A DNA stretch of 64,000 nt from Patescibacteria group bacterium (GCA_038064195.1 JBBTTO010000002.1:205356-269355); one strand, 5' to 3'. Counted from the stretch's first letter, positions 19,289 to 29,621 are shown. The notes: generated from the sequence alone by a model not told the origin. Program-made: numbers and translations.

Positions 19289-21071
19289 TATTAACAATCT
19301 CAAACAACAACCAACCAATATCCTTTTTCTGGGAAGCCATCCCGGTATCATCCAGTCTATTTTGGACTTTGATTACCTGGCAGGTAAATCCGAGCCCAGT
19401 GTAAAAGGAATTATCGCGGGTGGAAGAAGGTTTGAAAGGTTTTTTTTCGGAAAGAAAGAAATTCTTCTCCCTGTCTCCCCCACCGTCTCAGGGCTTTCTG
19501 AGTCAATACGATCAGAAATAACCTATTTTTTTAATACGACTTCAGGCAGGCGCGCGTTTTCATCAACGCAAGAAGCATTTGAAGTATTGCCTAAAGTACT
19601 GGGCGGAATTATTTTTGCTGAGGATGTGCCTGAGGAGCATGCAGCCAAGCTTTATCAGCTTGTTGAAGCTAAAAACAAATTTGTGATAGGGCCGGCCAGC
19701 GTCGGTCTGTTATTGCCTAATATTCTCAAATTAGGGGCAATCGGTGGGGTTGATACCAGACAACTCATTGCCTCAGATGTTTTTATACAGGGTAATGTGG
19801 CTGTTTTCTCGGCCTCCGGGGGAATGACTAATGAGATTATCAATATAGTCGCGAAGCAAGGAAGAAGGCTCAGTTTTGCCCTTTCCTTTGGAGGCGATCG
19901 TTTCCCGGTCCTTACACCCCAAAGCGCGTTTGAAATTGCAGAAAATGATCCGCAGACAGAAACGATTATTTATTTCGGTGAACTCGGGGGTACGGATGAA
20001 TATGATGTGGTAAGGCTTCTTAAAGAGAAGAAAGTAAACAAGCCGGTCCTGTGCTACATCGGAGGTGTGGTCGCAGACTTGTTTGAGACTCCTCCGCAAT
20101 TTGGTCATGCTAAGGCGTTAGCCGAAACAGGAGAGGAAACAGCACGCGCTAAACGAGATGCCTTACGGGAGGCAGGCGCGCAGGTAGCTGAGTCGTTTGG
20201 TGAATTTGTTGAACTGATTGGTAAGATCAAAACTCGTGATAAAATCAACACAAAGGATTATACTCTTCTTATGAAAGATCTTTCTGATCGACAGCATGCT
20301 TTGATTACCAGCAGTATTTCCAGTGATGAAAAAGGAGATGTCAAAATTCTGGGCGAGGATTTGCTGGAATTTGTCCAGGCGAGATCATTTGCTGGTATTG
20401 TCGCCTCATTGTTCTTAGGTAAAGCAAAAGTCAGTAAGGATCTTGAGGACTTTGTCGATTTTACCCTACGCCTCCTGGTCGATCACGGTCCGTATGTTTC
20501 AGGAGCTGTCAATACAATTATTACAGCGCGAGCAGGCAGAGACCTCTCATCTTCACTTGCAGCCGGACTTTTGACAATCGGACCTCGTTTTGGCGGAGCG
20601 ATTAATCAGGCGGCTATTAATTGGCTTGAGGGTGTAACGAAGGGTGTATCAGCCCACGATTTTGTCGAGGAATTCGCAATCCGTAAAGAGTATATATCCG
20701 GTATTGGACATCGTAAATACAGGGTCGATCTTCCCGATCCGCGAGTCAATAAGCTTCTCGAGTTCTCAGAAAGTCTTAAGGTCAAACGTTTTACATCGTT
20801 TGCAAAAGACGTTGCCGCAATCACCACGGCTAAGAAAGGTAATCTCATCTTAAACGTTGATGGGACAATTGCCGCTGTTTTACTTGATCTTTTATCTGAA
20901 AAAGAAGGTATGACAGATCAGGAACTGGATAAAATCACCCGGACAGAATTTTTTAATGCTCTTTTTGTTTTGTCACGCAGTGTCGGTTTTATTGCCCATT
21001 TTCTTGATCAGAAGAGGCTTGATGAGGGACTTTTTCGCCTTGGGGAAAAGCATGTCACAACCCTTGATTAA
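19281..21071 (+). CDS. aclA: ATP citrate lyase, CoA-ligase/citryl-CoA lyase subunit
   Basis: IGPASVG, SGGMTNE, GELGG, QFGHA (phospho-His), DHGP, GPRFGGA, GIGHR, NVDG; AAGGAGG before ATG 19281. Confidence 0.9.
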   Translation: MLDINNLKQQPTNILFLGSHPGIIQSILDFDYLAGKSEPSVKGIIAGGRRFERFFFGKKEILLPVSPTVSGLSESIRSEITYFFNTTSGRRAFSSTQEAFEVLPKVLGGIIFAEDVPEEHAAKLYQLVEAKNKFVIGPASVGLLLPNILKLGAIGGVDTRQLIASDVFIQGNVAVFSASGGMTNEIINIVAKQGRRLSFALSFGGDRFPVLTPQSAFEIAENDPQTETIIYFGELGGTDEYDVVRLLKEKKVNKPVLCYIGGVVADLFETPPQFGHAKALAETGEETARAKRDALREAGAQVAESFGEFVELIGKIKTRDKINTKDYTLLMKDLSDRQHALITSSISSDEKGDVKILGEDLLEFVQARSFAGIVASLFLGKAKVSKDLEDFVDFTLRLLVDHGPYVSGAVNTIITARAGRDLSSSLAAGLLTIGPRFGGAINQAAINWLEGVTKGVSAHDFVEEFAIRKEYISGIGHRKYRVDLPDPRVNKLLEFSESLKVKRFTSFAKDVAAITTAKKGNLILNVDGTIAAVLLDLLSEKEGMTDQELDKITRTEFFNALFVLSRSVGFIAHFLDQKRLDEGLFRLGEKHVTTLD

Positions 21072-21511
21072 TAGATAAAGGGGATAAAGCGTTTGGTTTT
21101 TCTTTGATAATCCTCGTAACCCTTCTTAAAATACTTCACAAGGAGTGTTTCTTCATAGTTAGCTTTTATAAAGAGATCACATATAAGCAGAAGAGAAGCA
21201 AATATTCTAGGGAAAGAAGAATTATTGAAGAGAAGGCCAATCGCAACGAGTAAAACGGCTGTGTACATCGGATGACGGATGAACTCGTATGGTCCGTCAG
21301 TGACGAGATTGCTATCGGGAGCGACATCAGCAGTAATCTGAATAGTTGTAATCCGCATCGACCAAATTGCCCAGAGCCCAAGCAGTATACCCAGGAGCTC
21401 ACAAATTCCCGCAAGAGAACTAAGAGGAAGCACAGGCCCACTTAAGAAAAGATAGATAAGCAGCAGCGCTTGAAGGAGGACGAGGAAAAGGGATTTAGGG
21501 TTGCGGGACAT
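21068..21511 (-). CDS. Isoprenylcysteine carboxylmethyltransferase/PEMT family membrane protein
   Basis: LVTDGPYEFIRHPMY, EE..L, Y..Y.....RFIP. Confidence 0.88.
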   Translation of the reverse strand: MSRNPKSLFLVLLQALLLIYLFLSGPVLPLSSLAGICELLGILLGLWAIWSMRITTIQITADVAPDSNLVTDGPYEFIRHPMYTAVLLVAIGLLFNNSSFPRIFASLLLICDLFIKANYEETLLVKYFKKGYEDYQRKTKRFIPFIY

Positions 21512-21600
21512 ACCCTGATTATTACTCAGAGATAGATATTACGCAAGAGCAGGTATCTTTTTGTTGAGTTTTATAGCAAAATAGTATATAAAGGCTAGCT

Positions 21601-22254
21601 ATGAAAAGAGTAGTTGGCATATTCGCGCATCCTGATGATGAGGCTCTCGGTCCCTCAGGCACCTTAGCTCTTCTTGCCAAAGATCACGAGGTTTATCTTC
21701 TCTGTGTCACCAGTGGCGAGGCTGCAGGCAGGACCCCGGAGGAGAAGCGAGTTATTGGTGAGACACGCAGAAAGGAAGTAGTAGACTCTGCCAGGATCAT
21801 TGGGATTAAAGAAGTTTTCTTTCTCGGTTACGAAGATGGCTGTCTCTGTAATAGCGTGTATCATCAATTAGCCGGAGAGATTGGTAAAAAGATAGAAGAA
21901 CTTCGTCCTGAAGTGCTGCTTACCTTCGAGATTCGGGGAGTGTCAGGGCATATTGATCACATTACCACTTCTCTTGTGACGACATTTGTTTTTGGAAAGT
22001 ATTCGTTTATTAAAAAGCTTATGTACTATGTCACTACTAAAAAGGAGAGTGAGATGATGAAGGACTACTTTATCTATTTTCCTCAAGGGTTTGAACGCGA
22101 TGAGGTAGATGAAGTAATTGATATCTCTAGCGTATGGGATACAAAGATTAAGGCAATGCATGTCCATCAGTCACAGATTAATGATGTGGAGAGAATCCTG
22201 CGAAATAAATCTGGACTTCCCCGTGAAGAGTACTTCCTCGTTAAAACAAGGTAA
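21601..22254 (+). CDS. PIG-L family N-acetylglucosaminyl deacetylase
   Basis: AHPDDE, TSGE, GHIDH, HQSQ. Confidence 0.88.
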   Translation: MKRVVGIFAHPDDEALGPSGTLALLAKDHEVYLLCVTSGEAAGRTPEEKRVIGETRRKEVVDSARIIGIKEVFFLGYEDGCLCNSVYHQLAGEIGKKIEELRPEVLLTFEIRGVSGHIDHITTSLVTTFVFGKYSFIKKLMYYVTTKKESEMMKDYFIYFPQGFERDEVDEVIDISSVWDTKIKAMHVHQSQINDVERILRNKSGLPREEYFLVKTR

Positions 22255-22297
22255 CATCATACTACTGCCAAAATGAGAGGTATAATAGGAGGATCGT

Positions 22298-23386
22298 ATG
22301 AAAAAAATATTGGTGCTTCTCATCATAATAACCTTGGTTGCAACTTTTTATGTTGCTTTGAGAGCTTTTCGTACAAAACTCGATAGAGTTCTGTCTACAC
22401 AGCCTGTTCAAACATTTACTCAACCTACCCCTACTCCAACCAGTCCTGCAGCAAAGGAAATTGACCGGACACTCTTTGTTCCTTACTGGAGTTTAAAAAA
22501 TGCGTCTCCCCTTCCTCCTTATCACACTCTTGTTTATTTTGGTGTCCAAGTAGGAGAAAAGGGGCTTGATACGACAGATGACGGGTATAAAAATCTAGGT
22601 AGTTTTGTTCGTGATGCGGGCACGAGTGAGACTGTCTTGACTGTCCGTATGCTTGACAGTACGACTAACTTTGCCATTCTTAAAGATAAGGCTGTTCAGG
22701 AGTCACTTATCAAAGACTCAATTGCTTTAGCTCAGAAATATCATTTTAAAGGGATTTTGCTTGATATTGAGCTTTCGGCATTACCTTTCTCTTCCCTTGT
22801 TGATCAAATTGATATATTTAACACAAAATTTGCCAGGGCTAGTCACGCGAAGGGCTTTACGTATGCGGTGACTGCCTATGGAGATACTTTTTATCGCCTA
22901 CGTCCTTTTGATATCAAAAGACTTGCTCAGGACGTAGACGGGATGTATGTAATGGCCTATGATTTTTCCAAGGCAAAGGGGAATCCCGGTCCGAATTTCC
23001 CGTTATCAGGAAGTAGCACCTATGGCTATGACTATGAGCATATGCTTAATAATTTTGCGGATAGCGTCCCCCTTAAGAAATTGACGATTATTTTCGGAAT
23101 GTATGGGTATGACTGGGCAGTTGATGATCGCGGTATTGCTCAGGCAGTAGGAGAGGCTGTCGCTCTCAAAGATATAAAGGCCAACATTATTGATAGTTGT
23201 AAGCACTTAGAATGTAATTGGGAGAGAGACAGTGTTTCTGCTGAAACAAAGGCTATCTATAAGGATAGTGATACTGGTAAGCACACTGTCTGGTTTGAAG
23301 ACGAACAGTCGGTCAAGCGTAAAGAGGATTATCTTAAAAGTCATGGTGTAGGCTCTTTTGCCTACTGGGCATACTCATATTTCTGA
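22298..23386 (+). CDS. Membrane-anchored glycoside hydrolase family 18 protein
   Basis: N-terminal TM, PT linker, GILLDIE, VMAYDF, YGYDW, VWFED. Confidence 0.8.
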   Translation: MKKILVLLIIITLVATFYVALRAFRTKLDRVLSTQPVQTFTQPTPTPTSPAAKEIDRTLFVPYWSLKNASPLPPYHTLVYFGVQVGEKGLDTTDDGYKNLGSFVRDAGTSETVLTVRMLDSTTNFAILKDKAVQESLIKDSIALAQKYHFKGILLDIELSALPFSSLVDQIDIFNTKFARASHAKGFTYAVTAYGDTFYRLRPFDIKRLAQDVDGMYVMAYDFSKAKGNPGPNFPLSGSSTYGYDYEHMLNNFADSVPLKKLTIIFGMYGYDWAVDDRGIAQAVGEAVALKDIKANIIDSCKHLECNWERDSVSAETKAIYKDSDTGKHTVWFEDEQSVKRKEDYLKSHGVGSFAYWAYSYF

Positions 23387-23476
23387 TTGATTAATTCATC
23401 AAGGGGAGTTCTAGCTCAACCTTTTTAATAAAAATTCAGAGGTGAGTCAGCTTCAGGTTCTTGTCCATTTAGGGTA

Positions 23477-23505
23477 TTGACGCTCTGAGCTAAATGTAGT
23501 ATCAT
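23477..23505 (+). promoter_or_regulatory. Sigma70 promoter of tuf
   Basis: TTGACG-17 nt-TATCAT. Confidence 0.6.
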
Positions 23506-23560
23506 ACATCTAATCTCATTTAATGAATGAGGGTTCTTTTTTTCTTTAGGATTTTAAAAT

Positions 23561-24739
23561 ATGGCAGCATTTAATCGCAACAAACCACACGTTAATATCG
23601 GTACCATCGGTCATGTCGATCACGGTAAGACGACAACGACAGCAGCTATTGCTACTGTTTTGTCTAAGCATGGCGGTGGAGAAGCCAAAAAATACGAAGA
23701 TATTGATAACGCGCCAGAGGAAAAAGCTCGTGGTGTTACTATCAATATTTCCCACATCGAGTATGAGACTGAAAAGCGTCATTATGCTCACATCGATGCT
23801 CCGGGTCATGCGGATTATATCAAAAACATGATCACAGGTGCAGCTCAGATGGATGGAGCAATTCTCGTTGTATCAGCACCAGACGGTCCAATGCCTCAAA
23901 CCCGTGAACACATTCTTCTTGCCTATCAGGTCGGTGTCCCGGCAATCGTTGTCTACCTTAATAAGTGTGACATGGTTCAGGATGAAGAACTACTGGATCT
24001 TGTTGAGATGGAAGTTCGTGAGCTTTTGACCAAATACAAATATCCAGGAGACACTACTCCTATTATTCGCGGCTCATCCCTTAAAGCCCTTGAAGGTGAT
24101 CCGGTCTATGAAGAGAAGATCATGGAGCTTATGAAGACAGTGGATGACTATATCCCGACTCCAGAGCGTGATCTTGATAAACCATTCCTGATGCCTGTTG
24201 AGGATGTTTTCTCAATCAAAGGCCGAGGTACGGTTGTTACCGGCCGTGTTGAGCGCGGAGTTGTTAAAGTTAACGAGCCGATTGAGATTGTCGGTATGAA
24301 AGCTACAACTAGCTCAGTTGTAACAGGAGTTGAAATGTTCCGTAAACAGCTTGATCAGGGGCAAGCAGGAGATAATGTCGGGCTTCTTCTCCGCGGTGTT
24401 GAGAAAGAAGATGTAGAGCGTGGACAAGTCCTCGCTAAGCCGGGATCAATCACTCCTCATACAGAATTTGAAGCTGAAGCATATATTCTTACCAAAGAAG
24501 AGGGTGGTAGGCACACGCCTTTCTTTAAAGGCTATCGTCCTCAATTCTATATCCGCACAACTGATGTTACCGGTGAGACTGTTCTTCCTGACGGTGTGGA
24601 GATGGTTATGCCTGGAGATACTACCAAAATGACTGTAAAACTCATTGTTCCGGTTGCTCTTGAAGAAGGTGTCCGATTTGCTATCCGTGAGGGTGGTAGA
24701 ACAGTCGGAGCTGGTGTTATCACCAAAATCTTAAAATAA
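23561..24739 (+). CDS. tuf: Elongation factor Tu
   Basis: [21 protein letters not shown]. Confidence 0.99.
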   Translation: MAAFNRNKPHVNIGTIGHVDHGKTTTTAAIATVLSKHGGGEAKKYEDIDNAPEEKARGVTINISHIEYETEKRHYAHIDAPGHADYIKNMITGAAQMDGAILVVSAPDGPMPQTREHILLAYQVGVPAIVVYLNKCDMVQDEELLDLVEMEVRELLTKYKYPGDTTPIIRGSSLKALEGDPVYEEKIMELMKTVDDYIPTPERDLDKPFLMPVEDVFSIKGRGTVVTGRVERGVVKVNEPIEIVGMKATTSSVVTGVEMFRKQLDQGQAGDNVGLLLRGVEKEDVERGQVLAKPGSITPHTEFEAEAYILTKEEGGRHTPFFKGYRPQFYIRTTDVTGETVLPDGVEMVMPGDTTKMTVKLIVPVALEEGVRFAIREGGRTVGAGVITKILK

Positions 24740-24799
24740 ATTGCCCGTCCGCCTTCGGCGAGATGAGGCTAGCACATTGACTGTCTGTTAGGAGGCTAT

Positions 24800-25108
24800 A
24801 TGCCAAAAGGAAGAATTCGTGTTCGCTTAAAGAGTTACGACGCGCGAGTCATTGACTCGACGTGTCAGCAGATTTTAGATACGGCAATAAGAACCGGAGC
24901 TAAGATTGTGGGACCTGTTCCTCTTCCTACCCAACGTAGTGTATACGCTGTTAACAAATCTCCATTTGTCGATAAGAATGCACGCGACCATTTTGAAATT
25001 AAGGTTCATAAACGGTTAATTGACATCATTTCTCCAACAGATAAAACGATTGACAGTCTTACCCACTTAGAGTTACCAGCAGGGGTAGACGTTGAGATTA
25101 AGATGTAG
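24800..25108 (+). CDS. rpsJ: 30S ribosomal protein S10
   Basis: GPVPLPT, HKRLIDI. Confidence 0.98.
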   Translation: MPKGRIRVRLKSYDARVIDSTCQQILDTAIRTGAKIVGPVPLPTQRSVYAVNKSPFVDKNARDHFEIKVHKRLIDIISPTDKTIDSLTHLELPAGVDVEIKM

Positions 25109-25204
25109 TCTTCCTGACTACTTGAAGGATTGCATGCCCAAATTTACAGAAAGTATGAATAAGGTAGGAACAGCCTAACGGGGCCTAAGATTCGACTCTA
25201 TGAG

Positions 25205-25235
25205 AAGAGGTAGCCTAGGGGCTATCTTTTTTTTT
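25205..25235 (+). terminator. Intrinsic terminator-like hairpin between rpsJ and rplC
   Basis: aggtagcc-tagg-ggctatct followed by T9. Confidence 0.65.
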
Positions 25236-25267
25236 GATTCCGATTAAATCGGAGTTGCAATAAACAT

Positions 25268-26095
25268 ATGAATACATTATTTGGAAGAAAAATACAACAA
25301 ACACAGGGTTTTTTAGAGAACGGGGCTCGCATCCCGGTTACGGTTGTTGCGGCATCTGAAAATGTCGTCATGGGTTTTAAGACAGAGGACACAGACAAAT
25401 ATACAGCAATCAAAATGGGCTTTGGCAAAACAAAAAAATCTACCAAAGCCCTTCTCGGTGAAATGAGGAAAGCAAATATAACATCAGCGCCTCAGTTCAT
25501 GCGTGAGGTTAAGCTTGATGAAGCCTCAACGTTTGCTTTAGGCGCAACGGTTAAAGTAGATGAAGTCTTCAAACCGGGGGATATTGTTGATGTCACGGGA
25601 ATGTCTAAAGGGAAAGGTTTTGCCGGAGGCGTAAAGCGCTACGGCTTTAAAGGCGGACCAAAGACTCATGGTCAATCAGATAGACACCGTGCCCCCGGTT
25701 CGATCGGTTCAGGGACTACCCCAGGCCGTGTCTACAGGGGTAAAAGGATGGCAGGTAACATGGGTCGTGACAACGTCACAGTTAAAAACCTGGTCATTAT
25801 TAATGTTGATGCAGATTCCGGTAAGCTTTTTATTAAAGGACTTGTCCCCGGGATTCTCAACGGTATGATCACGATTACTAAAGTCGGAGAAGTAAACTCG
25901 AAAAAATTCGTACCTTTCTTTAAAATCGCGGAACCGGAAACAGCTGAAGAGAAAATTGTCGTTGAGGAGCAGCCGGCAGAAGTAGTAGTACGGGAAGCAG
26001 CCGCGGAACCGGAAAAAATTGAAGAATCACAAACAGAAAAGACAGAGGCGCCTATTGAGACAAAAGAGGAAAAGGAGACAACAGATGGCAACTAA
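25268..26095 (+). CDS. rplC: 50S ribosomal protein L3 with acidic C-terminal extension
   Basis: SKGKGFAG, HRAPGSIG, GKRMAG. Confidence 0.97.
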   Translation: MNTLFGRKIQQTQGFLENGARIPVTVVAASENVVMGFKTEDTDKYTAIKMGFGKTKKSTKALLGEMRKANITSAPQFMREVKLDEASTFALGATVKVDEVFKPGDIVDVTGMSKGKGFAGGVKRYGFKGGPKTHGQSDRHRAPGSIGSGTTPGRVYRGKRMAGNMGRDNVTVKNLVIINVDADSGKLFIKGLVPGILNGMITITKVGEVNSKKFVPFFKIAEPETAEEKIVVEEQPAEVVVREAAAEPEKIEESQTEKTEAPIETKEEKETTDGN

Positions 26096-26852
26096 GAAAA
26101 TAAATGCAACATCTGTTACCAAAGAAGTAAAGGTGGTACGCACACATAAAACAATGACTGAGGTCAAAGCGGGATCTTCTATCGGAGCTAAAGTTCAGAC
26201 CAAGGGTCTCAAAGTAGATGTCTTTGATCTAACGGGAAAAGTTACAACGACTGTTACTCTCCCCGAGTCTTTGTTCGGAGCAAAGGTGAACAAGCCTCTC
26301 ATGGCTCAGGCCGTCAGAGTTTATCTAGCTAACCAACGTACCGGTACGCAGTCTACCAAGACACGCGGAGAAGTAGATGGTTCGACTCGTAAGATTTATC
26401 GTCAAAAAGGCACAGGTCGTGCCCGTCATGGCGGTATCCGGGCTCCTATCTTTGTCGGTGGAGGTATCGCACATGGCCCTAGGCCACATGATTTTACTCG
26501 TGATTTACCACAGAAAATGCGTCGGGCTGCTCTCTCGTCTGCTTTGACTGTCAAACAAGATAACGGCAAGGTAAAGATAGTTGATGGTTTGGAAAGTATT
26601 GAGCCTAAAACCAAACTCTTCGTCACCGCGCTCCAAAAGCTCAATCTGGATGAAAAAAATAAAAAAGTTTTGGTGGTTTTGCCCCGCAAAGTCGAAAATA
26701 TGCAGAGAGCTATACGAAACGTAGAGGGAATAACCTTTGTTTTGGCAAATCAACTCAATACGTATGAGGTCATGACAGCTAAGACATTATTAGTTATGAA
26801 ATCCTCGCTTGAGACGCTTGAAAAGACATTTGTTATGAAGGAGGATAAATAA
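26085..26852 (+). CDS. rplD: 50S ribosomal protein L4 with N-terminal extension
   Basis: RQKGTGRARHG, GGGIAHGP; AAGGAG before ATG 26085. Confidence 0.96.
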   Translation: MATKKINATSVTKEVKVVRTHKTMTEVKAGSSIGAKVQTKGLKVDVFDLTGKVTTTVTLPESLFGAKVNKPLMAQAVRVYLANQRTGTQSTKTRGEVDGSTRKIYRQKGTGRARHGGIRAPIFVGGGIAHGPRPHDFTRDLPQKMRRAALSSALTVKQDNGKVKIVDGLESIEPKTKLFVTALQKLNLDEKNKKVLVVLPRKVENMQRAIRNVEGITFVLANQLNTYEVMTAKTLLVMKSSLETLEKTFVMKEDK

Positions 26853-27139
26853 TGCAGACTGTTATTATCTCCCCGCTTATTACTGAGCGATCTATGGCAC
26901 TTGTTAAGCAAGGTAAGTTCTCGTTCAAAGTTAGCAAAAATGCCAGCAAAGAGACTATTAAGAAGGCAATTAAAGACACCTTTAGTGTGGATGTAATATC
27001 AGTTGATACCGTGACTCAGAAAGGTAAAACACATCGTGTCGGAGTCAGACGTATGGAAAAAAGACTGGAGCCTGTCAAGAAAGCAGTGGTGACTTTAAAG
27101 TCAGGACAAAAGATTGACATTTTTGATCTTGGCGTATAA
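26852..27139 (+). CDS. rplW: 50S ribosomal protein L23
   Basis: PLITERS, KKAVVTL; operon position. Confidence 0.96.
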   Translation: MQTVIISPLITERSMALVKQGKFSFKVSKNASKETIKKAIKDTFSVDVISVDTVTQKGKTHRVGVRRMEKRLEPVKKAVVTLKSGQKIDIFDLGV

Positions 27140-27186
27140 GATTGGCCTTTGGCAAATTCAGCCGTATGAATTAGCAATAAAATAAT

Positions 27187-27927
27187 ATGAATAAACTAAA
27201 AACAATAAAAAAGAAACATTCAGGACGGGATGCGTCAGGAAAGCTTGTGGTAAGGCATCAGGGCGGCCAGCACAAGCGTTATATTCGTCTGGTGGATTTT
27301 AAGCGTAACAAGTTTGATATTGAAGGTAAGGTAGTTGCAATCGAATATGATCCTAACCGTACCTGCGATATCGCGCTTATTCATTACACCGATGGAGATA
27401 AGAGATATATTTTAGCTCCGGAAGGACTTAAGGTCGGAGATAAAATAAAATCAGGAGTACAATCTGACGTAAAGGTAGGAAATGCACTCCCTATGGCCAA
27501 CATGCCTTTGGGAACAATTGTGCATAATGTTGAGTTGACACCAGGTCGTGGCGGGCAGATGGCCAGGGGCGCAGGTGCAGGAGCAATCGTTACCGCACGA
27601 GAGGCAGGCTATATCCATCTCAAGCTCCCTTCAGGCGAGGTACGAATGGTCAGTGAGGCTTCCTACGCAACAATCGGGCAAGTAGGGAATATTAATTTAA
27701 AAAATGAAGAATTAGGTAAAGCAGGTCGTTCCCGACATAAAGGTATCAGACCGACCGTCCGCGGAACAGCCCAGAATCCGCGTTCTCATCCTCACGGAGG
27801 AGGAGAGGGAAGATCAGGTATCGGTATGCCAAGTCCTAAAACCTACGCCGGGCGTAAAGCTGTCGGGAAGACACGACATCCGAAGAAATACTCTAATAAA
27901 TATATTTTACAAAGGAGAAAGAAATAA
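27187..27927 (+). CDS. rplB: 50S ribosomal protein L2 (N-terminally short)
   Basis: [15 protein letters not shown]. Confidence 0.97.
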   Translation: MNKLKTIKKKHSGRDASGKLVVRHQGGQHKRYIRLVDFKRNKFDIEGKVVAIEYDPNRTCDIALIHYTDGDKRYILAPEGLKVGDKIKSGVQSDVKVGNALPMANMPLGTIVHNVELTPGRGGQMARGAGAGAIVTAREAGYIHLKLPSGEVRMVSEASYATIGQVGNINLKNEELGKAGRSRHKGIRPTVRGTAQNPRSHPHGGGEGRSGIGMPSPKTYAGRKAVGKTRHPKKYSNKYILQRRKK

Positions 27928-27929
27928 TT

Positions 27930-28214
27930 ATGGCACGTTCACTAAAAAAAGGACCGTATATAGACGAAAAATTAATGAAGAAAGTCATGGCACAGAAGCA
28001 GGGTAGTAATCGTATTGCTATCAAGACCTGGGCTCGCGCATGTCAGATTCCGCCTGAATTTGTCGGGCATACTTTTGCAGTTCATAACGGTCGAATTTTT
28101 GTGAATGTCTTGGTCAGTGAGCCGATGGTAGGGCACCGTTTGGGAGAATTTTCTCCTACCCGTACCTTTAGAAGTCACGGTCGAGTTGTGGCGCGTGAGG
28201 TTTCAAAGACTTAA
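27930..28214 (+). CDS. rpsS: 30S ribosomal protein S19
   Basis: [18 protein letters not shown]. Confidence 0.98.
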   Translation: MARSLKKGPYIDEKLMKKVMAQKQGSNRIAIKTWARACQIPPEFVGHTFAVHNGRIFVNVLVSEPMVGHRLGEFSPTRTFRSHGRVVAREVSKT

Positions 28215-28222
28215 AAAATAAT

Positions 28223-28561
28223 ATGGAAATTACAGCAACAACAAATCAAGTTAGAATCAGTCCTCGTAAAGTACGCTTGGTTGCGGACAGTATCCGTAAT
28301 CTTTCACTTGATCAGGCTTTGGCTTCACTTCAGGTTACTCGTCAGCGAGGATCGTCAGTACTTGAAAAGACCATCAGGAGTGCAGTCGCAAATGCGTTGA
28401 ATAATGCTCAATTAGAGCGTTCAAACCTGAAGATCAGTGAAATTCTTGTCAGTGAAGGACCGGCTTTGAAGCGTTATCACGCCTCAACTCGGGGCAGAAT
28501 TCATCCTTACAAAAGGCGAAGCAGTAATGTCAGAATTACACTAACGGAGGTTAAAAACTAA
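28223..28561 (+). CDS. rplV: 50S ribosomal protein L22
   Basis: RISPRKVRLVAD, SAVANA. Confidence 0.97.
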   Translation: MEITATTNQVRISPRKVRLVADSIRNLSLDQALASLQVTRQRGSSVLEKTIRSAVANALNNAQLERSNLKISEILVSEGPALKRYHASTRGRIHPYKRRSSNVRITLTEVKN

Positions 28562-29208
28562 TGGGACAAAAAGTGAATCCACATCTTATCCGTCTGCAAA
28601 ATGTTCATACATGGAGTAGTCGATGGTTTAGTGAAAAAAATTATAAAGAGACAGTCCTTGAGGATTATGCTCTACGTAAGTTACTCATGGAGCGCCTCAG
28701 ACAGGCAGGAGTAAGTAAGGTTGAAATTGAGCGATCGATTAATAATGTTCGGGTTATGGTCTATGTATCACGACCGGGTATTGTTATCGGCCGGGGAGGA
28801 GCGGGGATTGAAGAGTTAAAGAAGATGTTAACGAGGTTCTTTATTAAACAAGGCAAAACAGGTAAAATGATGCCTCGTTTTGATCTGAGAGTTGAGCAGG
28901 TCAAAGATCCCAACCAGGATGCATACTTAGTTGCTAAAAGTATAGCTGAAGGGCTTATCAGACGTCTTTCATTTAAGAGAGTCTTGGTTCAGACCTCAGA
29001 TAAAGTGATGAATTCAGGAGCGCTCGGTGTGAGAATTGTCCTTTCAGGACGCATTAACGGATCAGAAATCGGGAGGCGTGAGAAAATTCAGGTTGGCACA
29101 GTTCCACTCTCAACCATCAGAGCCAATATTGATTATGCACAGTTCCCGGCGCTGACTAAGAAAGGGTATATCGGAGTTAAAGTGTGGATTAATAGAAAAG
29201 AGGAATAA
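28561..29208 (+). CDS. rpsC: 30S ribosomal protein S3
   Basis: [23 protein letters not shown]. Confidence 0.98.
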   Translation: MGQKVNPHLIRLQNVHTWSSRWFSEKNYKETVLEDYALRKLLMERLRQAGVSKVEIERSINNVRVMVYVSRPGIVIGRGGAGIEELKKMLTRFFIKQGKTGKMMPRFDLRVEQVKDPNQDAYLVAKSIAEGLIRRLSFKRVLVQTSDKVMNSGALGVRIVLSGRINGSEIGRREKIQVGTVPLSTIRANIDYAQFPALTKKGYIGVKVWINRKEE

Positions 29209-29209
29209 T

Positions 29210-29620
29210 ATGTTAGTACCAAGAAGAGTAAAATATCGAAAACAAATGCGCGGCACTATGAAGGGGGACGCCTATCGCGGCACCACACTTGCTTTTGGTG
29301 AGTTCGGCCTGGTGACTGAGGAGCCGGCCTGGATTTCCAGTCGCCAGATAGAGTCAGCCCGTCGCGCGATTACTCATTATACTCAGCGTGGTGGTCGTGT
29401 CTGGATTCGTATTTTTCCTGATAAGCCGGTTTCTAAAAAACCACCGGAAGTACGTATGGGTGGCGGAAAAGGGGATATTGAAGAGCATGTAGCACCCGTG
29501 TTACCAGGTAGAGTTCTTTTTGAAATGGGAGGCGTTACACTTGACATTGCCAGTGAAGCACTTAGGCTCGCAGCGCATAAATTGCCGGTAAAAACACGCT
29601 TTATTACGAGAGGAAAATAA
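29210..29620 (+). CDS. rplP: 50S ribosomal protein L16
   Basis: [16 protein letters not shown]. Confidence 0.98.
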   Translation: MLVPRRVKYRKQMRGTMKGDAYRGTTLAFGEFGLVTEEPAWISSRQIESARRAITHYTQRGGRVWIRIFPDKPVSKKPPEVRMGGGKGDIEEHVAPVLPGRVLFEMGGVTLDIASEALRLAAHKLPVKTRFITRGK

Positions 29621-29621
29621 T

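Noticed and set aside
25180-25196. ggggcctaagattcgac resembles a tmRNA 5' end
   Set aside because: No tag ORF, no matching T-arm/CCA 3' end, and only about 70 nt before rplC
26019-26084. Extended starts in the ORF track (rplD, rpsI, recX, aclA, HAD, permease B1, helicase)
   Set aside because: The extensions overlap upstream genes or promoters; downstream ATGs have SD motifs, stop-start coupling or properly spaced -10 boxes
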